Source: a virus
DNA: 49,586 nucleotides
Virus genome (UHGV): UHGV-0212814
Reading direction: 5' to 3' (one strand)
In this document: piece by piece, positions 1-7,818 of the stretch
Numbering within the stretch: position 1 is the stretch's first letter
Layout: every line of letters begins with the position of its first letter
Translations under genes and position numbers: made by a program
Notes under the pieces: generated by a model
What the model was told of the DNA's origin: nothing
The model's database searches: none
What the model saw: only the letters and a program-made list of their open reading frames with translations

Positions 1-26
1 CTGACATGTCCTGCACACATCGTTCA

Positions 27-236
27 TCATAGCCCTCCGTCCCCTAAGTCCTTGATGTATACGGACTGGGTATCATTGTTGTACACCAGCCGGAGTGTGT
101 TCCCTACTTCGTCCTCCACCATGGCTTCGTTATTCTCCACGGCCAGTTTCGGGTACCGCATGTTGAAACGCTCCTCAAGCCAGCTACGGACTGCATACTC
201 CGCGATGCTCTTTGCCTTCTTCATCATCTTTCTCAC
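27..236 (-). CDS. hypothetical protein (early region)
   Basis: 69-aa ORF co-oriented with neighbouring early genes; no recognisable motif. Confidence 0.35.
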   Translation of the reverse strand: MRKMMKKAKSIAEYAVRSWLEERFNMRYPKLAVENNEAMVEDEVGNTLRLVYNNDTQSVYIKDLGDGGL

Positions 237-242
237 CTCCTT

Positions 243-509
243 TCATAGTCTCACCCCCAGCGCCCATGCCATGATTACAATGGACACCATCCACATCCCC
301 ACTCCCCAGATGACCATGGGCACCAGCCGCTTGGCCAGCCGCATCCACGGACCGTCATACCGCTTCCTGCGCCGCCGGAGCGTGACCGTCCGCCGTCTGC
401 CCATCACATTGGTAAGCACTGCAGTGGTGGGGCCTACGATGTCCAAGCGCCAGCCAGGGTATCGGATGGCCGCCTTGGCGCGGATGGTTAACTCGGTTGC
501 TCTCGTCAT
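243..509 (-). CDS. hypothetical small membrane protein
   Basis: 88 aa with a hydrophobic C-terminal segment (MVIWGVGMWMVSIVIMAWALGV); overlaps downstream gene by 4 nt. Confidence 0.4.
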   Translation of the reverse strand: MTRATELTIRAKAAIRYPGWRLDIVGPTTAVLTNVMGRRRTVTLRRRRKRYDGPWMRLAKRLVPMVIWGVGMWMVSIVIMAWALGVRL

Positions 510-703
510 TGCTCCTGCCCTCCTGTGATTTTGTATAGTTTTGCTGGATAGATTTTAAACTTCCAGTTCTTTCGTCCAGTTTTTTTGGGGTCTAATGCCA
601 GCCCCAAATCCAGCGCCCCATTCCGCATGTTTCTTCTGATATCTTTCGGGCTTATCCCCAACAACGGAGCGGCTTCTTCTGGACTCATGTATGCTTTTGC
701 CAC
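506..703 (-). CDS. excisionase/MerR-like HTH DNA-binding protein
   Basis: SPEEAAPLLGISPKDIRRNMRNG matches the Xis/HTH_17-type helix-turn-helix pattern; GTG start preceded by GGAGGGGGGG. Confidence 0.55.
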   Translation of the reverse strand: MAKAYMSPEEAAPLLGISPKDIRRNMRNGALDLGLALDPKKTGRKNWKFKIYPAKLYKITGGQEQ

Positions 704-746
704 CTCTCCCCCCTCCTTTCCTTATCTTCCCATTGACACACGCCTA

Positions 747-962
747 CTACATAAACTGTGACAGCGCCGCCCTCATATATGGGCGAATGATAGCATCTTT
801 AGTCTGACATTCGCCCATAGTGGTTTTTTTATAATTCGGCATTTCATCCCACCCAGCCGGTTTTTCCCCGAGCAATGGTGTCCATTCCCAATAGTTCAGA
901 CTTTTATAAATACTTATAAGTGTCAAATTTGACATTTGATTCAAGTCCGAAACTGATATCAT
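747..962 (-). CDS. hypothetical protein
   Basis: 71-aa ORF; TTGACACACG motif upstream. Confidence 0.35.
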   Translation of the reverse strand: MISVSDLNQMSNLTLISIYKSLNYWEWTPLLGEKPAGWDEMPNYKKTTMGECQTKDAIIRPYMRAALSQFM

Positions 963-1013
963 CCTCTCTCACCCTCCTTTTCCAGTTGACACACGTCCCT
1001 CATAGTGGTATAT

Positions 1014-1268
1014 TTATCGAATCGAACGTGTGTTTGTTTCACTTTCCCTCATGTCACATTTCGTGTCATTATTGTTAAAAAAAATGGCCTGCACACTTTT
1101 ATGGTAATACTTTGCTATCCGAATTTTTATTTCATCTCGCGGTATCCGGCTACCATTTTCGTACATTGATAAAGCAGACTTGCTGATTCCGACAGCTTTT
1201 GCAACTTCTTCCTGGGTTTTCTCACCCCTTAGTTGTATAAGGCGTTTAGAAATAGCCTCGGCATCCAT
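1014..1268 (-). CDS. XRE-family HTH regulator (Cro-like)
   Basis: EEVAKAVGISKSALSMYENG HTH_3 motif; RBS GGAGGTG 5 nt before the ATG at 1268 (track ORF extends to 1295); divergent from the ImmR-like gene. Confidence 0.8.
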   Translation of the reverse strand: MDAEAISKRLIQLRGEKTQEEVAKAVGISKSALSMYENGSRIPRDEIKIRIAKYYHKSVQAIFFNNNDTKCDMRESETNTRSIR

Positions 1269-1312
1269 AGATTCACCTCCTTTCCATTCTGACACATATC
1301 GTGTCTGTTCAT

Positions 1313-1341
1313 GTTATACCACCGTTTACACTTCGTGTCAA
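1313..1341 (-). promoter_or_regulatory. sigma70-like promoter for the cro-like gene (TTGACA-17-TATAAC)
   Basis: read on the minus strand; the palindromic GACACATATCGTGTC operator (1291-1305) lies between promoter and RBS. Confidence 0.5.
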
Positions 1342-1382
1342 TACGTAAAACAGATTTTTATTACAAAGTGTGTCATTCTTTC

Positions 1383-1411
1383 TTTACAACGTTCACAAAT
1401 TGTGATATCAT
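1383..1411 (+). promoter_or_regulatory. putative promoter for the ImmR-like repressor (TTTACA-17-TATCAT)
   Basis: sequence inspection upstream of the RBS GAGGTG at 1424-1429. Confidence 0.4.
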
Positions 1412-1435
1412 TTAGTATAGAAGCGAGGTGTAACC

Positions 1436-1780
1436 ATGGGAGAATTTAATAAAATATTTAAATTACTACGACAGACTCGTGGATATTCTCAAGCAGATTT
1501 ATCAGAGGCATTAGAAATCTCAAGAAGTTCTATCAGTATGTATGAAAATGGGAATAGAGAACCCGATTTCGAGACTCTAGAAAAAATTGCTGATTTTTTT
1601 AATGTAGATATAGATTATCTTTTGGGACGTAAGAAAGACACCACGGTAATCCAGTCTCAGATAAGGTTGTATGAACCAACTTATGAGGATATCCAAAGTC
1701 TTATTGCAAGGAACGGAAAAAAACTCACGGTCGAACAAAAACAGGATATCATCAGAACTTTATTATCTGATGATGATTAA
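1436..1780 (+). CDS. XRE-family HTH repressor (ImmR/CI-like)
   Basis: QADLSEALEISRSSISMYENG HTH_3 motif; immediately followed by an ImmA-type protease gene. Confidence 0.8.
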   Translation: MGEFNKIFKLLRQTRGYSQADLSEALEISRSSISMYENGNREPDFETLEKIADFFNVDIDYLLGRKKDTTVIQSQIRLYEPTYEDIQSLIARNGKKLTVEQKQDIIRTLLSDDD

Positions 1781-1794
1781 AGGAGTGGTTTTGT

Positions 1795-2496
1795 TTGGAA
1801 CAATACGACTTTTTCCGCGTTATCTTAGATGCGTATGAAATATGCGGCATCAGAAGTTTTCCTATTGACTGTATAGAAGTCATAAAAAGATTAAAGATTC
1901 CCCTGTTTAAGTATTCTGAGTTATCCGCCAAAAAGGAACGGGAATGTTACAGGGTAAGTGATGATGCATTTAAATTAAAGGGGAAAATTTATTACAATGA
2001 TGCTTTCCCATATATTTATCGCCAACGTTTTACGTTAATGCACGAAGTTGGTCACATACTATTGGGGCATGTTGGAGATACAAAAGAAAACGATGATGAG
2101 GCTGATGACTTTGCCAGTCACTTTCTGGCGCCGCGTATCATGATACATAAATACGGCTACCGGGACGCGGAACAGCTGCATGATGCTTTCGGCCTGTCCT
2201 ATCGGGCCGCCAACCGAGCATTATTGTCCTACAAGGAATGGTTCCGCAACATCTCCTACAGTGCGACTGGAAAGCCCACAAAACCGGAGCTACAGCTTGA
2301 GCATATCTTTTTCCCAGAAGTAGAACTCGTACCAATCCGGCAAGGTATTGTCCAACCAGCCAAGGAATGCTATGTGGATGAAGATTACAAGGAAAACGAT
2401 GAGCGTTCCGATTTTATGAAATTCTTAAGTAGATGGCGCGGAGACTTGGGATTTGGTATGGCAGAAAATAAGTGGCTCTATGGGAATGACTTATGA
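1795..2496 (+). CDS. ImmA/IrrE-family zinc metallopeptidase (anti-repressor protease)
   Basis: HEVGHILLGH HEXXH motif; conserved position downstream of the XRE repressor; TTG start with an AGGAG RBS. Confidence 0.85.
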   Translation: MEQYDFFRVILDAYEICGIRSFPIDCIEVIKRLKIPLFKYSELSAKKERECYRVSDDAFKLKGKIYYNDAFPYIYRQRFTLMHEVGHILLGHVGDTKENDDEADDFASHFLAPRIMIHKYGYRDAEQLHDAFGLSYRAANRALLSYKEWFRNISYSATGKPTKPELQLEHIFFPEVELVPIRQGIVQPAKECYVDEDYKENDERSDFMKFLSRWRGDLGFGMAENKWLYGNDL

Positions 2497-2547
2497 TTAA
2501 AATAGCCTATGGCTTTTTAATAAACCAAATGAAAAGAGGGAATAGGT

Positions 2548-2994
2548 ATGGGAAAAGAAAAATCTGCAACAAAAAAATGTAAGTTCTGCCAGTCGGAAAT
2601 AGACTCTAAGGCTAAAGTATGCCCAGTGTGTAAAAGAGCATTAAAGGGCCGACATGGTTGTCTAATGACAATACTTATATTTTTAATTCTTGTTTGTGGA
2701 GGATTTGCAATCTCTATGAATATGAATAGTTCACTGCAGAAATCTGTATCCGGTGTCAATGATGAATCTGAATATATCACTTTAGATGAGTATAATAAAA
2801 TTGATACTGGTATGACTTATGATGAGGTCAAGGAAATCGTGGGAAGCGAGGGAACCGTTTCTTCCCAAGTTGAATCAAACGGCTATAAGATTGTAATCAT
2901 AACCTGGTATGGCAATGGAACAGCTGGTTCCAACGCCAATGTGACATTTACCAATGACTCTGTATCCGGAAAAGCACAAGTCGGATTAAAATAA
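2548..2994 (+). CDS. zinc-ribbon / single-TM protein with BLIP-like (DUF3862-type) C-terminal domain
   Basis: N-terminal CxxC...CxxC, then TM LMTILIFLILVCGGFAI, then a domain with MTYDEVKEIVGSEG; placed between immA and int, a typical moron position. Confidence 0.6.
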   Translation: MGKEKSATKKCKFCQSEIDSKAKVCPVCKRALKGRHGCLMTILIFLILVCGGFAISMNMNSSLQKSVSGVNDESEYITLDEYNKIDTGMTYDEVKEIVGSEGTVSSQVESNGYKIVIITWYGNGTAGSNANVTFTNDSVSGKAQVGLK

Positions 2995-3012
2995 CATTTT
3001 ACACGGTAAAAT

Positions 3013-3037
3013 CCCCTGTGCAGGTAGCACAGGGGGC
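3013..3037. terminator. hairpin CCCCTGTGC-aggta-GCACAGGGG after the zinc-ribbon gene
   Basis: perfect 9-bp stem; flanking U/A-rich on the minus-strand reading; approximate coordinates. Confidence 0.4.
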
Positions 3038-3124
3038 ACACTGACAACATAATATCCTTACCCGGGCAACCGGGAGGGCGTGCGTGCCATTCGTTCTGAG
3101 TCTTGACAGGAAGGATGGTTGCTT

Positions 3125-3205
3125 ATGAGTACATATGAGGAATTTCAGATTATATTAGGCGTTGCCTTGTTAATCGTTGCAATCCTGAACATGAAAAATA
3201 AGTAA
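3125..3205 (+). CDS. 26-aa hydrophobic peptide (MSTYEEFQIILGVALLIVAILNMKNK)
   Basis: RBS GGAAGGATGG 6 nt upstream; followed by an 11/12-bp inverted repeat; lies in the 520-bp non-coding leader upstream of int. Confidence 0.3.
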   Translation: MSTYEEFQIILGVALLIVAILNMKNK

Positions 3206-3481
3206 GCCGCCCTGCTCCTTGGCCGGATGGGCGACTTACTAAAGTTGTTATAATTCGCCAGGACGGATAGGCTTAATCTATCTCCCGGCTGTCTTGTTAA
3301 GTATATTATACCAAATATACGGAAATTGTCAAATGTGAAAGCGGCCCTGTTACCAGCAGGAGCCGCCCTCACATAGATTTCTCTTACCGGACTGCTCCGG
3401 CACGATATAGTCAACTAACATCTGAATTATATCATTCCTGGAACGTCCTGGCAAGGGGCGTATTATTTATACCCAAAATCA

Positions 3482-3497
3482 GTTGCGATATCGCAAC
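3482..3497. promoter_or_regulatory. perfect 16-bp palindrome GTTGCGATATCGCAAC, 16 nt upstream of the int start
   Basis: the identical palindrome recurs at 6466-6481 upstream of the endolysin. Confidence 0.5.
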
Positions 3498-3513
3498 GGG
3501 AAGGAATGATATC

Positions 3514-4650
3514 ATGCCAAAACGAAAGAAACATCCCAGGCTCCCCAACGGCTACGGCTCCATCCGATACCTTGGCAAGAGCCGGAAGAACCCCTATGCG
3601 GTCCACCCGCCGGCAGACATTGACGGGAACCGGCCTCCGGCCCTCTGTTACGTGGATGACTGGATGAAGGGTTTCATAATCCTCACATCCTACAAGGCAG
3701 GTACCTATACCCCAGGTATGGAGGCCGCCCTGAATCTGCCTAATACCCCCGATACCCTTGATTCCCTGGCAGGGAAAATCATGGCCGATTACAACCGTGT
3801 CAAGGGAATCGAACCTGAGGAACCTGAGAAGACCTTCTCAGCGGTCTACGATGCATTCTATGCCGATAAATTTGCAGAAGGCAATAAATACTCTGCGGCA
3901 ACTAAATATTCAATCAAGGCCGCTTATAAGAACTGTGCATCCCTCTACGGTAAAGTGTTTTCTGCACTCCGTACAAAGGACCTGCAGGATAACCTGGATG
4001 CCTGTGGTCTAAAATATGCCAGCCTGGAACTTATCAGGAATCTGTACAGGCAGATGTATAAATATGCTGACAGTCAAGGGTGGTGCGATAAGGACTATAG
4101 TCAGTATGTTAAAATTAAAAGGGATGACGATGACGAACATGGTGTGCCCTTCTCAGACGCAGACCTGAAAATCCTGTGGGATAACAAAACTGACGAAACT
4201 GCAGAGATGCTTCTCATTATGTGCTATTCCGGATGGCGTATATCAGAATACATTGGCCTTGAAGTCAATCTGCCGGAAAAGTATTTTATGGGTGGAATGA
4301 AAACGGAAGCTGGTAAGGGGCGTATCGTTCCTATCCATTCTGCAATTCTCCCTTTGGTCGGGCGCCGGATGGGAAAGTATGGAAAGCTCCTTCCGTGCAG
4401 CGACAAGGATTTCAGGAAACAAATGGAGGAGCTACTGAACCGGCTCGGAATCCCAGGTGACCCCAAGCATACACCACATGACTGCCGGCATACATTCTCC
4501 ATGTTGTGCGAAAAGTATGAGGTAAAAGAAAACGACCGTAAACGGATGATGGGGCACTCATTCAAAGCCGACATCACCAACAAGGTCTACGGCCACCGCG
4601 ACATGGAAGACCTGAAAAAAGAGATAGAAAAAATAACCGTTGATTTGTGA
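3514..4650 (+). CDS. int: tyrosine site-specific integrase
   Basis: C-terminal HDCRHTFS...MGHS...Y catalytic pattern of phage integrases; 378 aa. Confidence 0.9.
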   Translation: MPKRKKHPRLPNGYGSIRYLGKSRKNPYAVHPPADIDGNRPPALCYVDDWMKGFIILTSYKAGTYTPGMEAALNLPNTPDTLDSLAGKIMADYNRVKGIEPEEPEKTFSAVYDAFYADKFAEGNKYSAATKYSIKAAYKNCASLYGKVFSALRTKDLQDNLDACGLKYASLELIRNLYRQMYKYADSQGWCDKDYSQYVKIKRDDDDEHGVPFSDADLKILWDNKTDETAEMLLIMCYSGWRISEYIGLEVNLPEKYFMGGMKTEAGKGRIVPIHSAILPLVGRRMGKYGKLLPCSDKDFRKQMEELLNRLGIPGDPKHTPHDCRHTFSMLCEKYEVKENDRKRMMGHSFKADITNKVYGHRDMEDLKKEIEKITVDL

Positions 4651-4660
4651 CTTTATTGTG
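4643..4660 (+). repeat. ATTTGTGACTTTATTGTG arm-type repeat (copy 1, overlaps int stop)
   Basis: 17/18 identical to copy 2 at 4853-4870; each copy contains tandem TTGTGAC half-sites. Confidence 0.5.
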
Positions 4661-4852
4661 ACCAATAAACCCTAATAACGTGGTAGAAAGCGGTAGGAAC
4701 CGGAAGTTTCAAAAATGCCGCAAACCCGCATAAAACCTACCATTTTCACCCCATATCTTATATAAATCCTACCATTCTGAAAACCACTCCGTATTAAAGT
4801 GTCGTTAATATTTATGGCCTAAAAAGTACGGTTTTACAAGGTTTTTCAGTGC

Positions 4853-4870
4853 ATTTGTGACTTTACTGTG
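4853..4870 (+). repeat. ATTTGTGACTTTACTGTG arm-type repeat (copy 2)
   Basis: direct repeat of 4643-4660, 210 bp downstream. Confidence 0.5.
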
Positions 4871-4946
4871 TCTAATAGGGCGGCATATATAGGTATGAAA
4901 TAGTATGAAATTGGCGGGTCCGGTCAATCCGGTTCCCGCCTTTTCC

Positions 4947-5204
4947 TTACTTTCCATGTCCATCCTGAATCCGTTTCCACACCTTCTCAAACTCATCTGG
5001 CGCCGGTTGCGGCACCTCGCCATCCGGGATGTGGTCCCTCACCCACTCAAACTCCTTGAGCAGTCCTTCTGGTGGTTCTTCTGGCGGCTTGTCTTCCTGT
5101 TTCCTTTCCATACCGTGTCCCTCCTTTATAAGGACATTGTACGCCTGTCCAGCGCAAATGGAGCATGGTAAATTATGGTAGTTACCGTCTTTTCTTATAT
5201 CCAT
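4947..5204 (-). CDS. hypothetical protein
   Basis: 85 aa; RBS GAGGGGGG upstream; divergent from the XRE gene at 5298. Confidence 0.45.
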   Translation of the reverse strand: MDIRKDGNYHNLPCSICAGQAYNVLIKEGHGMERKQEDKPPEEPPEGLLKEFEWVRDHIPDGEVPQPAPDEFEKVWKRIQDGHGK

Positions 5205-5297
5205 CTCACAATCCCCCCTCGCTACATATTTTAGGCCAAATTAGAGTAAATTTCAATAGGCCAATACAGACTAAATTATAATGCTCTGTATTGGAGG

Positions 5298-5531
5298 ATG
5301 ATTATGAGATTGGAACGACTACGGGATTTACGGGATGACAAGGATTTGACACAGCAATATGTTGCGGATTACCTGCATATAAACCAACGGACCTATTCCA
5401 GGTATGAGAATGACCAACGGATGATACCGTTCCAGATTCTATCTGCGCTTGCTGATTTATATGACACCAGTGTTGATTATCTGATAGGACGGACAGATGT
5501 TAAGGATCCGTATCCCAAGAAGAAAAGGTAA
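5298..5531 (+). CDS. XRE-family HTH regulator
   Basis: LTQQYVADYLHINQRTYSRYENDQ HTH_3 motif; RBS GGAGGA; a 9-bp inverted repeat CCAATACAG/CTGTATTGG brackets the TATAAT -10 just upstream. Confidence 0.75.
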   Translation: MIMRLERLRDLRDDKDLTQQYVADYLHINQRTYSRYENDQRMIPFQILSALADLYDTSVDYLIGRTDVKDPYPKKKR

Positions 5532-5568
5532 CATTACGGCGAGGACCGATAATCCCCGCCGCTTTTTA

Positions 5569-6411
5569 TTACTCTCCTAGTCCTGGCCAGCGCAACGCCC
5601 CATCCTTATCCGGTGTTAGTGTCACAGGCTCCGTGGCCATCTTACCATCCGGCATCAGGTAATAGTAGTTGCCTCCACCGGCCTGCAGTCCCTGAACCAT
5701 AGCCCCATCCGCGCCCAGGTAGTACCAGTCACCTTTGTACTGATACCAGGTATCGGTGACCATGTGGCCGGTGCCGTCAAACCAGTACCACTTGCCATCC
5801 GTATCAAGGTACCAGGAGTTGCGGACCGGCTCACCGGTATTTCCCAGGTAAAAGCTCCAGGCACCGTCCGCATTCTGCTCCCAGCCGGATTTCCTTGGCT
5901 GCTCCGGCTCCTGGATTACATCATCCTGTATGTATCTACGCACACACACCAGCCCCTTACGCCATCCTCCGGACGCCCAGGAATTGTACCGACTCTTACA
6001 GTAGGCCACCAGGTCCTTATAGGACGGCCTGCCGGAACCGTGACCACAGATAATGCCGTTGCCGCAGTACATCTCCACATGGCCTATCCTGAGTGGCCTG
6101 GAAGCATCCGTACCAGCAAACAGTAGCATGTCCCCCGGCCGGAGCCTGGACGTATCCGGGATGCCTTGGGCTATGTCCGCATCCACGGTGGTCAGCTTTT
6201 TGGACTGGTAGATGCCTGCGGTGTTAAGATTTCCGAATCCCATTCCTACCGCCTCATAGGTAAGGCAGATGGAGCTGCTGCAGTCACTGTAGTAATTACC
6301 ATCCTTATATCGTACATAGCAGTAATCCCTCAGGGACTGGCTGTATATGTTACGGCCTATAATCTCTGCGTACTTATCAATTACGGCCTGTCTCCTTAAT
6401 AATGCTGTCAT
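5569..6411 (-). CDS. endolysin: NlpC/P60-like cysteine peptidase plus C-terminal cell-wall-binding repeats
   Basis: Cys...His...His pattern (CLTYEAVG, IGHVEMYCGNG) and YG/W-rich repeats (GWEQNADGAW, WYLDTDGKWYW, WYQYKGDWYYL). The track ORF runs to a TTG at 6480; the ATG at 6411 has RBS TGGAGGAAAG and is preferred. Confidence 0.75.
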   Translation of the reverse strand: MTALLRRQAVIDKYAEIIGRNIYSQSLRDYCYVRYKDGNYYSDCSSSICLTYEAVGMGFGNLNTAGIYQSKKLTTVDADIAQGIPDTSRLRPGDMLLFAGTDASRPLRIGHVEMYCGNGIICGHGSGRPSYKDLVAYCKSRYNSWASGGWRKGLVCVRRYIQDDVIQEPEQPRKSGWEQNADGAWSFYLGNTGEPVRNSWYLDTDGKWYWFDGTGHMVTDTWYQYKGDWYYLGADGAMVQGLQAGGGNYYYLMPDGKMATEPVTLTPDKDGALRWPGLGE

Positions 6412-6480
6412 ATCTTTCCTCCAATCCAAATAAGGCCCAGGGATATCCCCAGGCCTGCCCACATTGTTGCGATATCGCAA

Positions 6481-6705
6481 CTAATCCCGGACAATATTCC
6501 CGGATGTATCCACATGCCAGCCAACGGCAATCACAAACTTCCCGGTATCATCGTGATAGTCAATCCCGTGGTCCGGGCCATCATACAGGGATTTAAGGGT
6601 GCCATATTCAGGTGTTCCCTTGGCAGCCGCAATCTTTGCCTCCAGGTCAGGGATTTCCGCAACATTAATAGGCTTCCATGGTTCGTTGTTCAATGGATAA
6701 TTCAT
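6481..6705 (-). CDS. hypothetical protein in the lysis cassette
   Basis: 74 aa; RBS GAGGGAAAG. Confidence 0.55.
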   Translation of the reverse strand: MNYPLNNEPWKPINVAEIPDLEAKIAAAKGTPEYGTLKSLYDGPDHGIDYHDDTGKFVIAVGWHVDTSGNIVRD

Positions 6706-6785
6706 AGTCTTTCCCTCTCTTTCATGATTTGGTTGATAGTTCCGCCTTAACCCTGACGGCTGGGAGATGTATGGACCACCTCCCC

Positions 6786-6998
6786 TCAGGCATCAGTCTT
6801 GGTATCCAGTTCCGGTAGTCCGGCTATGGATGTAGCCATGGACAGGATGCCCGCCAGTACGGATGCGGATGCTACCATGGGCCAGTTAACCTCACCCATT
6901 ACGGCAGCCGTCCCCACTGTTGCTATAAACGTCTGTGCTACCGTCTTGACCGCCCTGCGCCCTGCTGCCCTGAACCATTTCCTTGTGTTCTCACTCAT
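6786..6998 (-). CDS. holin (XhlB/SPP1-type, two TM segments)
   Basis: 70 aa from the second ATG (RBS AGAGGAG); two hydrophobic stretches; sits between the XhlA-like gene and the endolysin. Confidence 0.7.
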   Translation of the reverse strand: MSENTRKWFRAAGRRAVKTVAQTFIATVGTAAVMGEVNWPMVASASVLAGILSMATSIAGLPELDTKTDA

Positions 6999-7012
6999 AG
7001 ATATATCTCCTC

Positions 7013-7345
7013 TCATTTGATGATGTACTGAGCCATCATTGCGATAAGACCGATTGCCAATGCCGCAGCACCGGCCCCAATCATTTGGTTAAATACAGTC
7101 CGTTTCATACTACTCCACCGCTCTCCTGGCTCCGCCTTTAGTTTCTCAATGTCTTCTCCCTGTTTCTTCTGCTCATGGAGCATGTTCCCCATATTGATAG
7201 TCAGTTCTTTTACTGACAGGGCAAGGTCCTGTATAGCCTGATTCTGTACTTCCAGGTCATCAATCCGGTGTTTTGCTGACTTTGTCTCATGTTCCAACGC
7301 AGTAAGTTTTATGGCGATTTCTTCATCATTCACATGTGGCACCAT
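7013..7345 (-). CDS. xhlA: XhlA-family haemolysin-like lysis protein
   Basis: coiled-coil N-terminus plus C-terminal TM (MIGAGAAALAIGLIAMMAQYII), as in PBSX XhlA. Confidence 0.65.
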   Translation of the reverse strand: MVPHVNDEEIAIKLTALEHETKSAKHRIDDLEVQNQAIQDLALSVKELTINMGNMLHEQKKQGEDIEKLKAEPGERWSSMKRTVFNQMIGAGAAALAIGLIAMMAQYIIK

Positions 7346-7350
7346 CCTTC

Positions 7351-7818
7351 CTATGATATTTGGGGCAACCAGATTATCTTAGGCCTGCGCCGTGTAATGC
7401 CTACGTTATAACGTGGCCGCTCCTCACCCCACCATCGGTACCGCAGCCAGTCATCCAGCACAATCCCGGTCAGGGATACCGGCAGCCAGAGCAGGCAGTA
7501 CTGTGGGCATATCTGCCCCAGGACGTTGCCCGGAAGGCCGCTGTAGTCCCATACCCCCCAACCCAGCCACAGGTTGACGATGCACCCGGTCAGGAACTCC
7601 AGCGCCGTCACGATGCAGGCGCCGGTTAGTATCTGCTGCCACAGGGGCATGTCCCAGGGTAATACCTCATTGATTAGTCCCAACGCCACGAAACAGATGC
7701 CGCCCAGAAGGAACATCGTCCAATGGCTCCTGCCGCGCCAGGCCATCTCCAGGATTATGTACAACAGCCCTCCTGTAACCAGCAGGGCCGCATACTTGTC
7801 AACCTTCCGGTGTGGCAT
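7351..7818 (-). CDS. hypothetical 4-TM membrane protein
   Basis: four hydrophobic segments; start MPHRKV with RBS GAGGTGG; the track ORF extends to 7896. Confidence 0.5.
   Translation of the reverse strand: MPHRKVDKYAALLVTGGLLYIILEMAWRGRSHWTMFLLGGICFVALGLINEVLPWDMPLWQQILTGACIVTALEFLTGCIVNLWLGWGVWDYSGLPGNVLGQICPQYCLLWLPVSLTGIVLDDWLRYRWWGEERPRYNVGITRRRPKIIWLPQIS
7402..7416. promoter_or_regulatory. palindrome ACGTTATAACGTGG (second copy of the 35101-35116 palindrome)
   Basis: 14-15 of 16 nt identical to CCACGTTATAACGTGG at 35101. Confidence 0.35.

Noticed and set aside
3145-3414. 89-aa minus-strand ORF upstream of int
   Set aside because: It lies in the structured non-coding leader with no RBS and overlaps hairpins. 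It is probably non-coding.
4912-4950. tRNA-like GC-rich hairpin GGCGGGTCCGG..CCGGTTCCCGCC
   Set aside because: It has no cloverleaf, meaning no 7-nt T-loop, D-arm or anticodon arm. It is better explained as an intrinsic terminator.
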